Position numbers and translations under genes: made by a program. The notes below the pieces were generated by a model. It made no database searches, was not told where the DNA came from, and saw nothing but the letters and a program-made list of their open reading frames with translations. DNA of 64,000 bases, from positions 19,770 to 83,769 of the forward strand of contig JACQWY010000037.1 of NCBI GenBank assembly GCA_016209015.1, given 5' to 3'. Source of the DNA: Gammaproteobacteria bacterium. GTDB taxonomy: Bacteria; Pseudomonadota; Gammaproteobacteria; Ga0077536. Below are positions 62,989 to 64,000 of the stretch, piece by piece (position 1 is the stretch's first letter; every line of letters begins with the position of its first letter).

Positions 62989-64000
62989 TCAGGCTCCTTT
63001 CGCCAGCGCCGGCGCGGTCGTCGTCTCTTCCCAGGGCGCGGGCTTCCTCAACTGCGCCCAGATCGGGTTGTGGAGCGCGCGGTCGATCTCGGCGCAGAGC
63101 TCGACCATGCCGACGTAGCCGGCGTAGGCATGGTGACGCTCCTGGTTGATGTCGAGCCAGGGCATCTTCGCTTTGAGGGCGACGAACTGCGAGCGCCCGC
63201 CGGAGAGCATGATGTCGGCACGCGCCTCGCGCAGCATCCTGTACATCTCGCGCGGCGGCAGCTCGTCGATCATGTGTGCGTCGCCGCCCATGATCTCCTT
63301 GATGCGCTCCTTGTCCTCGTTCGTCGATTTCTTCACGCTCGTGCCGGCGATTTCGAGCCCGGCTTCCTGCAGCGCGGAGACGACGGACCAGGATTTCACG
63401 CCGCCGGTGATGAGCAGCACGCGCCTGCCGGCGAAGCGCGGCTCGAAGGACGCGATCGCCTCCCGGGCCCGCGCCTCCTCGCGTTCTATGAGGGCTTCCG
63501 TGCGCGCGACGAGGTCTTCGGGCGCACCGCGCGCGACGAGCAGCCGGCTGAGCTCGCGCAGCGAGTCGCTCGTGTCCGAGATGCCGTAGAACGAGCCCTC
63601 GAAGTACGGGATCCCCCAGCGCTCCTCCATCTTGCGCGCGACGTTGATCATCGCCTTCGAGCACACCATCATCGCGGCGCGCGCCCGGTGCGAGCGCGCG
63701 ACTTCGTGATAGCGCGCGTCGCCGCTGATGCAGGAGAGGATGCGGATCCCGAGCTCGTCGAGCAGCGGCTTGACCTGCCAGAGCTCGCCCGAGAGGTTGT
63801 ACTCGCCGATGATGTTGATGTCGCAAGGCGTCGTGTATTCCGGTTCTTCCGTCCCGATCACGTGGTCGAGCAGCGCTTCCCCCGCGAGCTTGTTGCCGAG
63901 ATTCTTCGAGCCGACGAAGCCCGGCGCGTTGATCGGCACGACGGGCTTGCCGAACTTCGCCGCCGCCGCCTTGCACACGGCTTCGAGATCATCGCCGATG
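62989..64000 (-). CDS. nifE: FeMo-cofactor scaffold NifE (3' part; start outside window)
   Basis: PGFVGSKNLGNKLAG, GEYNLSGE, TGGVKSWS, DINQERH. Confidence 0.96.
   Translation of the reverse strand, partial: IGDDLEAVCKAAAAKFGKPVVPINAPGFVGSKNLGNKLAGEALLDHVIGTEEPEYTTPCDINIIGEYNLSGELWQVKPLLDELGIRILSCISGDARYHEVARSHRARAAMMVCSKAMINVARKMEERWGIPYFEGSFYGISDTSDSLRELSRLLVARGAPEDLVARTEALIEREEARAREAIASFEPRFAGRRVLLITGGVKSWSVVSALQEAGLEIAGTSVKKSTNEDKERIKEIMGGDAHMIDELPPREMYRMLREARADIMLSGGRSQFVALKAKMPWLDINQERHHAYAGYVGMVELCAEIDRALHNPIWAQLRKPAPWEETTTAPALAKGA

Overview
A GC-rich (roughly 70%) bacterial chromosome segment. Synteny points to a gammaproteobacterium: ychF-pth-rplY-prs-tRNA-Gln-ispE-lolB-TPR / hemA-prfA-prmC-moeB and rpmE-engB-cyt c4-dsbA. 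A housekeeping core (about 8-32 kb) is flanked by accessory DNA. Two nitrogen-fixation blocks are present: nifV-iscX-nifW-fixABCX with a sigma54 promoter and NifA-type UAS, and nifE(partial)-nifN-nifX-DUF269-CCE_0567-fdxB, then mop-nifQ. There are also two hydantoinase/oxoprolinase (lactamase-type) operons. The non-coding DNA carries at least five families of short palindromic repeats and a RAYT (TnpA-REP) transposase flanked by its REPs. Three signals stand out. (1) A transposase-less 240/165-bp element occurs twice; one copy splits a REP with a TG duplication, resembling an IS110/IS1111-type MITE. (2) Co-oriented lower-GC genes are separated by a repeated ~62-bp unit, like a cassette array but without attC sites. 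(3) Three inverted-repeat pairs end in DnaA-box sequences, and each abuts a decayed gene. All calls come from reading the sequence; no database searches were run.
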